In this document: piece after piece, positions 51,460-63,552 of the stretch
Numbering within the stretch: position 1 is the stretch's first letter
Layout: the number at the start of each line of letters is the position of its first letter
Source: Marsupella aquatica
Lineage: Eukaryota; Plantae; Marchantiophyta
Length of the DNA: 64,000 nucleotides
Assembly (NCBI GenBank): GCA_973895155.1
Contig: OZ316894.1
Location: forward strand, 5,356,944 to 5,420,943
Direction of reading: 5' to 3'
The notes under the pieces: model-generated
Told to the model about the DNA's origin: nothing
Seen by the model: the letters and a program-made list of their open reading frames with translations, nothing else
Databases searched by the model: none
Program-made: the position numbers and the translations under genes

Positions 51460-52199
51460 CTGCGGAGGCACACTAGCACCCACTGTAAGAGATCGACGAT
51501 AGATGGCCCGAGCTTGAGCACGCTGCGAGGTGACTGAAATGCGTTGGCGAAAGTGCGTGGTCAAAATAGAAAGCGGGGTCCGGTGGGACCCATGCGGCCA
51601 TGAACATCCCGGGCAGCTTGCCGAAGAAGCCCATCAAACTGAGGATGAAGACGCCCAAATAGCTCCAGAGCAAGGGGGAGGAAGCTATCGGATGAAGCTC
51701 GTGCAACATATTTGGCCTCCTTTGTTGTTGCCGCACGTGACACTGCTGCCCCTGCCGTAGTTACCGCTATCCCAATGATGTCTTGGCACAATGGGTTTGC
51801 CACCACTACATCTGCCAATGTATGTTGACCCTCATGGACCATGGTAAGATCCACCCGTAACCACTGTGATGGAGGACCAGGTAACTCGAGTACCACCTCC
51901 CGCCGCACGCATACCAAAGAGCCAGAGAGAACCTGAGCAGTCGCATCTCGCACAGCGTCGTGAACAATAATGGTTTCACCTCCCAAACTGCACCGAAGAA
52001 GATGGACACCTGTGGCATCACAAGGCTTCCCACAAGTGCAAGAAGGGGGTCAACCTGCAAGAAGTGGGTGGGGCAGCCCCATACAAAGTCGCAAGGCTGT
52101 GGAGAACTCCGTTGAAGACATTCGCAAATGAGGAATGACTGGATTGGCCTGAAGCCATCCACCTGCGCCCTTCCCTCCGGAAGAAAGAATCCGAGCTAT
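51460..52199 (-). pseudogene. Retrotransposon C-terminal region: zinc knuckle and restriction-like endonuclease, with one stop and one frameshift
   Basis: IARILSSGGKGAGGWLQANP..FSTALRLCMGLP, then *PPSCTCGKPCDATGVHLLRC..HDAVRD, RVDL..LADVVV..TKEAKY..FLPLALELFGRL, and after a frameshift FRQRISVTSQRAQARAI. Confidence 0.85.
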
Positions 52200-53339
52200 T
52201 GGGGAGGTTTTTCTTTCGCTTGTGTCTCGCAAACTTTCCTCACAGTTTCGCTCTGCACTATTGGATCATCTCTCTCCACATCAGTTTGCAGTTGGCGTTC
52301 CTGGCGGTTGTGAGACAGTTATTGCGGGTATTCAAGCTACCTTGGACCTCCACCCTGATTGGGTTGTCCTCCAGGTTGATGTCTCTAACGCTTTTAATAC
52401 GGTTTCTTGGGCAACCATTTTTCGTGCTTTGAGGGCGACGGATCCAGACATCCAGTCCCTGATCCCCTTTGTCCGTTATTTTTATGGACTCGAGGCCCCA
52501 CTCTTCTATAGTCATCACTCCTCTACAGGTGTGTATACCACTCTTTCCTCTGCAGAAGGTACTCGTCAGGGTGACCCTTTGGGTGGGCCTCTTTTTGCCA
52601 TTGCCCATTTTACAGCTTTACGGGAAGCCGCCATGGCCCACCCCCAGTGTATCTTCCCCTCCCTTTCAGATGACACCCACATCATTGGTCCTCCTACCGC
52701 GGTTACTTCTGCCCTCGCCACTCTTTCCACCCATTTGATGGGCCTCGGTTTACGAGTTCAGCCTGTGAAGAGTCGTGCATGGAGTCCAGCTGGGTTACCC
52801 TCTGATCTTGCGCTTCCCCCAGGGTTCTTACGTCCAGCCGATGGTCTTCGGGTCCTTGGCTCCCCAGTCGGTACCGCCTCCTTTTGCTCCTCTTTCATCG
52901 CTGACTCTCTACAGGTTGCCTTAGCCTCTACTCCTATGCTCCCTAAGTTAGCAGATTCTCAGGCAGCATTTGGGATGTTGTTGAGGTGCATCCACCCTCG
53001 TGCGTCTTATCTGGCTAGGACGCATCCCCCTACCGAGGATCTTTGTCTCCACCTTCGAGCATTTGATGTCTCCATTCGTCAAACCCTGGCCTCTCTTTTG
53101 GGGCCGGGTACGTTGCTCTCATCTCCGTGGCTTCATCGACAACTCAGTCTTCCTATTTCGCAGGGTGGTTTTGGGCTTACTTCCATTGAGAGCCTTGCAC
53201 CTTTGGCCTTTTTGGGTGCGTGGGCGGCCGCCTTCTCATTGTTGGCCGATCGTTTTCTTATTGAGGATCGTCCTTTTTTACTTTCATCTCTCATGGAGGT
53301 AGAGGAGGGTTCCCTCCCGTTTCAGGTTCATTTGCGCGA
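52195..53339 (+). pseudogene. Non-LTR reverse transcriptase domain (inverted fragment)
   Basis: AIGEVF..L, HQFAVGVPGGCE, LQVDVSNAFNTV, GTRQGDPLGGPLF, LSDDTHI, GLRVQPVKS, GLRVLGSPVG and LSLPISQGGFGL are CRE-clade-like RT motifs. Confidence 0.9.
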
Positions 53340-54396
53340 GGTGTTCCTCCATATAGCAGCCTCCATATATACTTGTCTTAGACAAGACAACTAAAAGGTG
53401 TTCCTCCATATAGCAGCCTCCATGTATACAGCAACTACATCTGGGGAATCTCTTCATGGTTTGGTGGTGTGCTTCATTAAAAAACCTACAAAAGGGATTT
53501 AAGAAAATACAAAAGAACAAAAACGACAAGGCACTTGTAAACTTTAATGAGTACCACTGAGAAATATCACTTGAGCAGTTCAGTTCATAAGTGATTGGCC
53601 ATGATAGCGATATAGTTTACATCAACGACAAAGCATCCCCATAAGTATACTCAGGCACACGTTGGCATTGTTCAAGCCAATAAAATTGGCCACCTGCAAC
53701 AATAGTCTACAGTAGGAGCAAGTTATGCTAACTTTTTACAAAGATAGCCAATCATGTTACTACTATTAGGGGGCTTTACAAGACGATGGGCCCCGTTCAA
53801 TGTCTCCCCATCCAAAACAAAGCTGATGGTCATTTCCTTACACAAAAGTTAAAATGCATGAGCCATAATGTGTTAGATTTCAATGCAATTCCCTAAAAAT
53901 AAGTGGTCTTTTGCTCCTGTTTTTTTAGACCACCTGAGGAGGAAGTCTAAGTTTTGGACAAAAAACAGACACACATCAGGAAAAAGATATGCCCACTGAC
54001 AGATGACTACCATAGGTTCAGTAGTGGTTTTGTTTGATTGTGCCCCCAACTTCATGTAAAGTGAAGTCTGACCTATCCCCATGTATGAAATGGCTGAGAT
54101 TACATCACACACTTGAAAACAAAGGAATTGCTGCCTCAAATTCTTATAAAGCCACCCTTACTGATACCACAAACTTTGTGGCTTGAACAACAGACATAAG
54201 TATCATTCAAGTACCCCAAGTATCACCTCCAAGTCCGCTCATTTTATACTAGTAGTGTTAAAGTGATCATCCATGAGTAAGACAAAATACTAAGAAGAGT
54301 GTTAAAGTGATCATCTATGCTATCCCAAAAAGTGAGATTGCCATCCCGCCTCCAAGAATCTGGTATGTGACTTGTGCAATTGGGCATCCCAAGAAT

Positions 54397-54539
54397 AACA
54401 AGGCTCCTTCAACTCAGGAGGAGTGAAATTGATATTATTATCCAGATTTGGTGGATTCTGACATTGGAACAAGGCTCCTTCAACTCAGGAGGAGTGAAAT
54501 TGATCTTATTATCCAGATTTGGTGGAATCTGACTTTGGA
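54397..54539. repeat. 71-bp tandem duplication
   Basis: AACAAGGCTCCTTCAACTCAGGAGGAGTGAAATTGAT.TTATTATCCAGATTTGGTGGA.TCTGAC.TTGG occurs twice. Confidence 0.92.
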
Positions 54540-56419
54540 CCAGTTGAATCACTCCTCGAAGATTGGAAAGTTGAAAGCACTCCTGGAAAACGGAGAGAGT
54601 TGTCCAGGGTGCACTTGTCTACAACATCGCTCCCTCTTAGGCCAGGGGATTAGCCTACAATGGAGAGGTCCAGATTGAATTCCCCCTCCACACACAAGTG
54701 CCTCCACATGCAAGGAGTGCTGATGGGGTGTAATGGTGGGAGTATTAGTTGCTGTAAGCCACTCCACACACAAGGGGTGCTGATGGGGTCCCTTTGTGAC
54801 TACCCTACATTAATTTGCATGTTTTGGAGCAGGATGTCTATCCACTGTTGGATGGGACTGCTTAAGGCTTTCAAGGCAAAAACAATTGTCTGCAACATTG
54901 CTTTGCAGACAAGGAAGCTAGGGCTGTCCAACTATGGAGCGCATGTTCCATCGCCAGATTACGCTTTTGTGACTTTGCTGCTCACCCAAACTGCCCAGCA
55001 TCTAGTTCTAGCAGCCAAAACTCTATTAATTTTTTTCTGAGGCCCGGAGAGGATGCCAAAAGCTCTACACAGGGCCATGAAAACGTAGATCACCACAGGT
55101 GGGGATGTCTCAAATCAAATTTACAAATGATAACTTTTAGCCACAAACAAATGGTCATAGTTTTTCCACTTTGTTAGGCAATTTTTATTTCTTTCACTAG
55201 CATATAGAATGACATGGTTATGTTGTATGAGCAATCTTTATAGCAAGTCTGTATTACCACTTTTTACCTACTAACTTAAAGTAGTTGGAGACCTCCTAAT
55301 GGCTACTTGAACATTGATTAATAGGGTGAACTAGAGCAAAACATGTGACTCATCCTCGCCTGATCAATTGGGGCTATAATCTGGGTAACAAGTTATATGA
55401 AAACAGCGAATTCACCATCATTTCACGAGCGGAAGAGTTTATAGTGTCGTCCTTTGAGCTCATAACTAGCATCTCTGGTGTGTTCGATGTTGTTTGATAT
55501 TCGCTGTCAATCCCTCAGCTCCACTGCTAGTTTGATTCGACTCGTCAATTCATCCGCGCCCCATTCACTCAATTATTTGACGCAGAACAATGACGTCAAG
55601 TCCGCACACACGATCACGGTCTCAAAAGAATACATTAAGAATGCTGTCACTACACAGGTCAGACTAGAGTTCTGTGATGTCCGTCTGTCAATCACCTTCG
55701 TCAACTCCTATCGGACGTAAACAACCTCATTGGCTTAAGGCTGCAAACAGTAGGACTTTGTAGCTCGCTGCTTCTTTTGATTTCACCGAACGAGTGAGTG
55801 AATAGTTTTGAAGACCCGCCAGGAGGGATCCAGAAAGGATTCAGTTACTAAGGCCCAGTCTCACAAGCTACGGAAATCAACGAAGCAATATGGTGGGCAG
55901 GGAGATTCAGGAAATGACGTCAAATCAAAACAATCAGATTCCCTATCCTAGAATGTCACAGCTTCAACTCAGAAATTGGAGTTCCATTCCGATAAATACA
56001 GCGCTTGAGTAGAGCGTGTAACTAAGATCTTTAGTATGAGAAACAGCTCTGACCTGTACATGGGGCGACATCTGCCCATAAATCATGTCAAACTACTGAG
56101 AAAACCCGTCCGTGAGATATCCTATATGGACATCCCAAGTGGACACCTCATGAATTGGAAGCTACTCCGTAACAGACACGATCATAAACTAACTGCGGCA
56201 TGATTTACTTTTAAAAAGCGGGAGCTCAGATGAACCGTGAATAGAGTGTGGGTCTCCGATAGACAATTTAGGAGCAACGTAACCTTCGTAAGCTAGTGGA
56301 AGAGATTCGATCTAATGGGGAGCTTGCATGTGTCGAATTTCGTTCCATTGAGTTCCAAACGCGCCTGGCTTTATTACTTAAGTTTCTGTAATACCAACAC
56401 GAGATTTTCGTGACTGTGC

Positions 56420-57700
56420 TCACGTACTCATCAAAATTTTTCTTTCGGCGCTTGTCAAAGGGTCTTTCTCCCCCGCCACACTGATCAGCATCACCTGTCG
56501 TGCTTTGGCCAAGCATGTGATTGAACACACAAACCACCAATGTTCTCCGATTCCTCTCAAAGAATCCCCGTCGGCTTCTGTGTGCTGCTTGATCAGACTC
56601 TTCTCGACAGCCGCAGCAACAACATGTTCCGGATCCTTGCCAACAATAGCAGGAAATGCCTCTACCATTTTCTCGAAACTTCTGGCTGCTCTAGCCGCAT
56701 GCTCGGCGGGTACCTCCGTACCAGTCTCGAACAATGTTCTCGAGAAAAGCTCGAAGCTCACCCACCCTCTGTACCCTAGTCCCTCAAATACCGCGCGACA
56801 GACATCCAAGATCGGTAAATACCCGCCCCTCTCCTCCTCGAACGCAAAGAGCCTCGCATTCCGGCTCCAGCTCATGCGAGTCGGCTGCGAAGCGACATGC
56901 CAAGGATGGTCTTCCGTCAGCGGCGGCGAAACTCGTTCCGCATCCACGACCTGAATGAAAAAGACTTTCTCCTTATGCACGCACTCCACCATTCTTCTCA
57001 TACTCTCAGCCATCGCCACTTCGGCGTTCTCCGTCTTCCCATCCACTGCTGCAGGGTCTCCATACACGCGTCCAGCGATGTTGAACGTGTCCAAACAATA
57101 TCCAAAATTCCACCGATCCACCGCTGAGACGACGGCGTGTACCCCCTCCCAAGTGTCGATGTGTGTGCCCCAGCATAGGTTCTCGTATGCGAAGCGGATG
57201 GGCGGGTTCTCCTGCGCCCCGAGGTCAGCGAGCTCGGTCAGATCACGCACGATCGTCTCGAAATCGGAAGTGCATTCTTCCGCAGGGAGAAAGGTTGAGG
57301 GGACGAGGATGATGTCGGTCCCGACCACCTTCGCGACCTGGAACCAGAGCTTCGCCTTCTCGATCTGCTCTGCATGAGCGGTGCGGGAGATGAGACCTTC
57401 GTATTGGGAGAAGGGCTGGAGATCTATTGTCGTCAAGGACAAAGTGTCCATCAAGTTCCGAATTTCGTGAGCAGCGGCGATGAAGTTCGAAGGCGTCGGC
57501 CCGTCGGGAAAGAGGCAGGCGACGGCGTAGAGATCTTCTTCGACGAGCTCGATGCCCCGGATGTTGTGGGAGGCTGCGGCACGGAGTTTGGTGCTGAGGT
57601 CATGGCCAGCGACGACCCGGCCGAGGGAGTGGGAGGAGATTGCTGGCAGGCAGAGGCCCGGGGCAGGTATAGCAGATTGCCTTCGCACCGAGAATGCCAT
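56420..57700 (-). CDS. 3-dehydroshikimate dehydratase, fungal qutC/qa-4 family (xylose-isomerase-like TIM barrel; 426 aa from the ATG at 57700; single exon)
   Basis: PAISSHSLGR..H.L..KL.AAA....GIEL..EDL, LQPF.QYEGL, KLWFQVAKVVGTDII.VPS.F, DL.ELADLG....PPIRFAYENLCWGTH.DTWE, FGYCLDTFNIAG, KVFFIQVVDA, RMSWSRNARLF.FE..RGGYLP and GWVSFELFSR are the motif series of ascomycete DHS dehydratases. Putative metal ligands E, D, Q and E are present. Confidence 0.88.
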   Translation of the reverse strand: MAFSVRRQSAIPAPGLCLPAISSHSLGRVVAGHDLSTKLRAAASHNIRGIELVEEDLYAVACLFPDGPTPSNFIAAAHEIRNLMDTLSLTTIDLQPFSQYEGLISRTAHAEQIEKAKLWFQVAKVVGTDIILVPSTFLPAEECTSDFETIVRDLTELADLGAQENPPIRFAYENLCWGTHIDTWEGVHAVVSAVDRWNFGYCLDTFNIAGRVYGDPAAVDGKTENAEVAMAESMRRMVECVHKEKVFFIQVVDAERVSPPLTEDHPWHVASQPTRMSWSRNARLFAFEEERGGYLPILDVCRAVFEGLGYRGWVSFELFSRTLFETGTEVPAEHAARAARSFEKMVEAFPAIVGKDPEHVVAAAVEKSLIKQHTEADGDSLRGIGEHWWFVCSITCLAKARQVMLISVAGEKDPLTSAERKILMST

Positions 57701-59219
57701 CCTGACCCGACTGTCTGGCCAGTCCACTAGGAATTACGGGACAGCCACTGACGTTAGCTCTGAAATATCGAACACCTCGAGCGATCGACTCAATTGAAGG
57801 GTTAGAGCGGTCGATGCAAAGCACGGCAGAAGAGGCAATCCAACACCGGCGCCATAGTGCAAACCACGCCAGATGACCGGATCGTTATTTGCAGCTTTCA
57901 CAATTCAACTGCGACAAAATTCGCAAAATCTTAGATGAAGTCAGGCCTTCGAGGATTGAACAGCTCGAGGTGATCAACTCAATCTAACTTCTCGGAGGTT
58001 TGATCAATAAAGTTATCGGCAGATTGTACAGTTCAACTTTCTACAAGGCCAAAATCTCAGATGAGTTTCCACATACAACAAGTCTGCAGACTGAGCAAGG
58101 AATCGTGATGGATCTGTCCGAGGCCCCCGATGAGAATGTGTGAATAGGACGAGTTGAGATTCAGTATCAGAGTTGACGAAAAATGTCTATTTATACCAAC
58201 CTTCCGGATTCCGGATGGCGGTGGATTCCAATTCGAAAACGTCAATATTTCGGTCTGAACTAGGGAGAGTTAGAACCATTCTCGTGACTGGGCTTTTAAA
58301 GCCGTTTCCGGCTGAACAACAACGGATTTTTACAATAATTTTCTAAAGGTGTTCAACAATCACAGGGCAGAGAAGTGTATCTTGGTATGGAAAGTCCCTC
58401 CAACCTATGGGCATATGCCAGGTGACATAGTACATCGTCCACGAAGCCTTTTCATGTGTATCTACCAAAACGACAATCACCAAAGTGAGTCACTACACCT
58501 TGATGACTGTAGCTGCACCAAAATCGAACGTTTCTCATATGCCACGATGTAGCTAGAGTGGTCTGCATTGCTGCTAAATATTAATGATTTTGTCCTCAAT
58601 CCAAGTTGGCTTTTCTGCTCTTGGGCTTTTTTGCCTTTTTGCTCTTTAGTCCCCTTGTTTTCTCTTTGGCATCCTGTCTCTGGGTTTGGAGTTTTTCGTT
58701 CTTTTATAGTTTGATGTATATGTACCAGTTGGTTCTCACTCCAAGACAGTGGAAAGCTTTGGATGGACACACTAACTCTAGAGTAATACAATACTCCTCG
58801 AATCTTATAATAGCGTCATGCTCTAGAATGAAACTAAGAGGCTAGGTAATGTACCAAGTGAGCCCACTGAACTGTTTACTTGAATGAGAAGGAAGGCAGT
58901 TGCATTGCATGGACAGGAAAATATGGAGGAATGCTATGAAAACCTTCTGTTACATGCTTACAAATCCATGCTTACCAATCTGACAAACAGAACTGTAAGA
59001 TGTGCTATGTGAATAACTTAATTTAATTTTTATCTACCAGGGGAGTTCATCTTAGTGAAGCCATCCTGTGAAATGATTGTGTCCATCTGATCGAGCTTGG
59101 GCTTGCATCCAAGTTATAAACAAAATAAAATATTCTTTTTTTTTAATTAATGAGAGGCATGGAGAACTCATGAACCCTAAGGTCGGGTGCTAAGGTTTGA
59201 CAAGACGTCCACGTACGTT

Positions 59220-59617
59220 GTTGTAAATTGCATAGACCACATCCAAATACTTAATAATACATATTGGAAATATGCCCAGTGAGTAATTGCTATCCAAATA
59301 CTTAATAATACATATTGGAAATATGCCCAGTGAGTAATTGCTGTAATCTGCATACTTCCCGGCATACTTACAGCATTTTGAATTCCTCGTATAACTTGGT
59401 CCAGGATCAAGAAAATACATAGTTATAGCTGTAGAGACTAGAGTGTTGTAAATTGCATAGACCACATCCAGATACTTAATAATACATATTGGAAATATGC
59501 CCAGTGAGTAATTGCTGTAATCTGCATACTTCCCGGCATACTTACAGCATTTTGAATTCCTCGTATAACTTGGTCCAGGATCAAGAAAATACATAGTTAT
59601 AGCTGTAGAGACTAGAG
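59220..59617. repeat. ~173-bp tandem duplication with a nested ~51-bp duplication in the first copy
   Basis: GTTGTAAATTGCATAGACCACATCCA...GCTGTAGAGACTAGAG occurs twice, and ATACTTAATAATACATATTGGAAATATGCCCAGTGAGTAATTGCT three times. This explains the repetitive ORF at 59190-59732. Confidence 0.95.
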
Positions 59618-62600
59618 ACCCTAAGAAATGACTTACAACACAAAGAAGCATAATTACAGAACCCATGCGGAGAATAGACCACAGAAGGGCAGGAAAAGAA
59701 AGAACTGCCGTTTGAGTCCTCTGGCAGGACAAAGAGACTGTTGCCTAGCTGGGCCTGTGCGAACCCGTCTGGAAACTACCCCTGATGAGCCTCCCCCCAT
59801 GGCGTACTATGCTGTCCCCTTTTATGTTTACCAGGCTTATGAGTAAGGTTAATGGTCACAACGTACATAACACTGCCAAAGATCAAAGGGCTTCAATTCA
59901 TACCTGGAGTCCGACCCTAAGACAAGAAAAATCAATATTAAAAGGAAGGACACAATAGGCTGTTCAAACAATGATGTTTGTGAGCCATTCCTACAATGCA
60001 GTGAGTGCATTTTGGGCTATCTTTGTCCTCCATCACATCAGTGAACTTTGCTCACTTATAAATTGGTTTTCCAAGGCACCAGAAGCGTCTCTGGACAAGT
60101 GACATGGTGAAAGACGTTGAAGTCCTGAATGATGGACCTCCAGGTGGTAGACACTTACTAGTATACGATAGCAGGCAACGGTCTTTTCTGGTGAGATGAT
60201 ACATATTACACTTACTTTTCTACTGAGATGATACATATTAAAATCAGAGTGAAATGTCACAGGAAACAAAATAATCTTCGCTCTCCCAATTTCTCCATGA
60301 TCGAAAGTTCACCATAAACTGGACTCTTTCGAAAGCTCTTTTGGAGCCCTTTCTAATCAACTCACGAACAGCCTATTGGGTTGCATATCAGCAAGGGAGA
60401 AATTGAAGGTCTAAGTTTGCTAAAAAATAATACTATCGGAAGCAGAAAGCCAGAGTCTTCAGTAAATGAGGATAATCTTTGATTGAAATCCAAATAATTC
60501 TTAATCAAAAGGAAGTTGGCGATACTAGAATAGTTGAAAGAATACTCCGACACATTCAAGAACAGCCAATCCCACTTCATGTCAAGGAAGGAACGGAAGA
60601 TCAAAGTTTGCTGTTGAAAAACTTTTGAAAGAGGGAACAGTGAGCAACTGACAGTCACGCAAAGGGATACGAGTTTCCACAGATTCCCCGGAAATGGCCC
60701 GTCTTGCCTATCTCTCTGCCTCAACACCAGAGGAGATCGATGGTGGACGTACTCTCGGGTGGACTCACTTCGAATATTGTGTTATATGATCGATCGATTG
60801 CCCGATCGATTGTGAGCAAAGTTTTGCTAGGAATCAAAATCATGGCTTGCTTTAATGGAGATATATGGTTTATGACCACAAAAACCGATTCCACAAAAAC
60901 TGATTCCACAAATACAACGAAAGGGCCCCACTCAATTTCTCTGCAAATTGCCGTGCGCGTCAAGTAAAGTGTAGTGTGACCATTCCCACCTATTAAAATA
61001 ATGATTACGACACGTCTGAACTCGGGTTCAGTTACAAAGTGCTACAGCGCCCAATCACACATCAAAATCTACTGTGTGCACTCATAAGTTTAAAGAAAAT
61101 AATGAGTTTTATCATGTTATCGAGTGATGTCGTCCACCTATATATCATATTTTGATGTGATGTGGTACACCGTACTTCAAAATGTGATAATCTAGAGTGT
61201 GTTTATCATGTTATAGAGTGATGTACTTTGTGGTACACAGTGTATGTCATATTTTTGATGTGTTACTGGGACCCCTAGAGCGCTTGTCATGTAAAGACAC
61301 CCGAACAGAGTACTCTCAAGTCAGAACGTACTGTACGTTGATATCTTAATAGTGTACTCTCTGAAGTGAGCACTGTGTATGGATACCCTATATATTAGCA
61401 TTTCTCAAGTGAGGACTGACAGACATAACGTCTTCGAGTGCTCGTAATGCACTATTGCTTTAAAACATGTGCAAATTCTTGCTGCCATTGAACAAGCACA
61501 AGCCAATCGGACGAAAAATCGAGCATCGCTCTTGATGGGTCCTTGGCCCTACCTAGAATTCTTGATTATTTTGTTCTTCCGCGTAGATGTATAGTTTCTT
61601 CCACATCAGTGGGATCGCTCAGTGAACGCAGACGATCTCGACGTGCAGAGTGATGAAATCGCCTTGCCTGTGCTTTTACCCAGCACTATTTTATGCACCA
61701 CTCGAATGACGTACCAGCTATGAAGCTGCGCAGCCAGAAGAAATCACGGTGTGTCAAGTCTTCAGACAATTGCTTGATGGGGGCCGGAGAAATACAGGAT
61801 TGATGGGGCACGGTTCTTTCACACTTGCTTGATGGGGTACTTGAGATATATCGTACGCGATCTTCCTGTATGTTGGTTAATTGGAGTGGCCGTCGTAAAG
61901 TTGCAAAGCAACAGTGTGCGGGGTGCTGCTACCAAGTGAAATGCTCGCCTGGCTAGCCTGATACGGGATAGCCTGATACGGGAAGCCTCCCAAACACTAT
62001 GAATGACAGTAAACGGTCACCAATTGAACCGTCAATCCATTTAATATGTGAGCACTTCAAAGTGAACACATCGATCTTTGCACATTTACGGAAAAGTCAA
62101 ATTAGAGGCCACAAATTTGCATGGCAAAGAATGAATAAACGAATGACGACATTGCTGCTGTTTCAGATTCACTAACAGTAGATCAGATAATATTACATTG
62201 ACGGAAAAACGAATTTCATAATTTCCTGAAAGATGGTTCAAATATCGAGTAGCAGGTAAAGTCAGATCGAATGAAGGCTTGTCGGACTTAAATGCCCAAT
62301 TTGCACTGATTCAGAGTCCAAAAAATTGAATGGCAGGACGCAAGGAGTTGAGTGCATAAGTGCTATTTCAGGTTCATGATCAGACAGAATCATCTGCATT
62401 AGTTATTAATAACGATATGGTTATGTCATGTTTACCCGCAACAAAATCCAAGCATTCAGTCAAAAATCGAACTACACAAACATTGGGAGCAAATGCATGC
62501 TGGTACTGACTGCTGCTCCCTCTAGAACTTCGATCCCTCTCAAGACGCCATCGAGCTATCGTCTAAACATTTCGACGCTGATTGACGTTTATGCACTGAA

Positions 62601-63442
62601 GAGTAAAGAAACTAGAATACCTTTGTCACCCGTTCTCCCTAGCCTTTTAATTGTGCGTCCTCACCCCGTCTGGGATGTAAATATATATGTAAATTTCTCC
62701 TTCGTGGCCATGCATGGAACTCGTATAGAGTCCCATTCTGCATCGCCATGAGCAGTAGTAAGGACGTTCGGATGCACCTGCTCCACAATGCCGCTGCCAC
62801 CGTACCGTCTAGCTGCTCGACTTTCACTGGCTTCGAAGTCAATGCTGCATCACAGTGTAGATCAGATCAGCACAATGAGTCAGCGAGGCTGGTTACAACG
62901 TTTGCTAAACTAATTACGTCGCAGCAGCATTACTGAAGTGATTGGCGTACTTTTTATCCCATGTGCGCTATCATAAAAGTTAAGAAGCGTGCCCAATCAA
63001 GCCTGTATTTTTATCAGGGGGCCCATTTATCAACTAAGGAATCGTCTTCATCCGTCGACGTGACTTGCATGCATGTTGACTCGGACTTGCACTGATGGCA
63101 AATTCACCGAAACGTAGGCCAAACGGAGACATACCTCATCTATCCTAGCTACATGTTGACTCGTAGTGCACTGATGGGCACATTTGCGACTCCAATAGAT
63201 GTACCTCGATCACTCTCATTCAGGGCCATCTCAAAAAACTATTGGATGGCCCTGAATGAATGAGTGAGGCCATGTTGACTCAAAAAACTTACTAGCGGTT
63301 CTGGTGGACTAGTGGTTATGACAACTTACTGTATACCATTAACGCCTAGTACGTCACTGCAAGGCCGTCATTCTCTCAATTGCCGTGGAGAAAACGAGTT
63401 CTCTCACTCTCGCCTCCTGGACCACTGCCATAGCCAGAAGGA

Positions 63443-63466
63443 TATATAGTTATGGGCTATATATAT
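63443..63466 (+). promoter_or_regulatory. Candidate TATA box(es) of the SABATH gene
   Basis: TATATA (63443-48) and TATATATAT (63458-66) lie ~90-110 bp upstream of the ATG at 63553. Confidence 0.45.
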
Positions 63467-63552
63467 GTCAACGTGTATGGACTTCATAATGTAACACTAG
63501 CTGGTATATTATATACTGCTTCAATCTCGTCGACCTGGATCTCGTTACAGCA

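Larger units (their letters stand above)
50479..53339 (-). mobile_element. CRE/SLACS-like non-LTR retrotransposon (restriction-like endonuclease type), 5'-truncated with an inverted 5' segment
   Basis: The 3' part (C-terminal domain, zinc knuckle, endonuclease and presumed 3' UTR) is on the minus strand from ~52199 to 50479. The RT part is inverted onto the plus strand at 52195-53339. ACTTGTCTTAGACAAGACAACTAAAA occurs in both flanks (50453-50478 and 53371-53396). Confidence 0.85.

Noticed and set aside
4387-57700. MFS and DHS dehydratase as remnants of one transferred fungal qut cluster (qutD + qutC)
   Set aside because: The transporter has polyol-transporter rather than quinate-permease features, and it is ~48 kb away with native plant genes in between.
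56420-57727. 4-hydroxyphenylpyruvate dioxygenase label, and the ORF-track start at 57727
   Set aside because: No VOC/glyoxalase domain is present, only the TIM-barrel dehydratase. Position 57727 is a GTG, so the first in-frame ATG is at 57700.
56505-57730. Several plus-strand ORFs of 74-149 aa
   Set aside because: They are antisense shadows of the GC-rich DHS dehydratase coding sequence.
59190-59732. 180-aa repetitive ORF
   Set aside because: It is generated by a DNA tandem duplication and has no protein motif.
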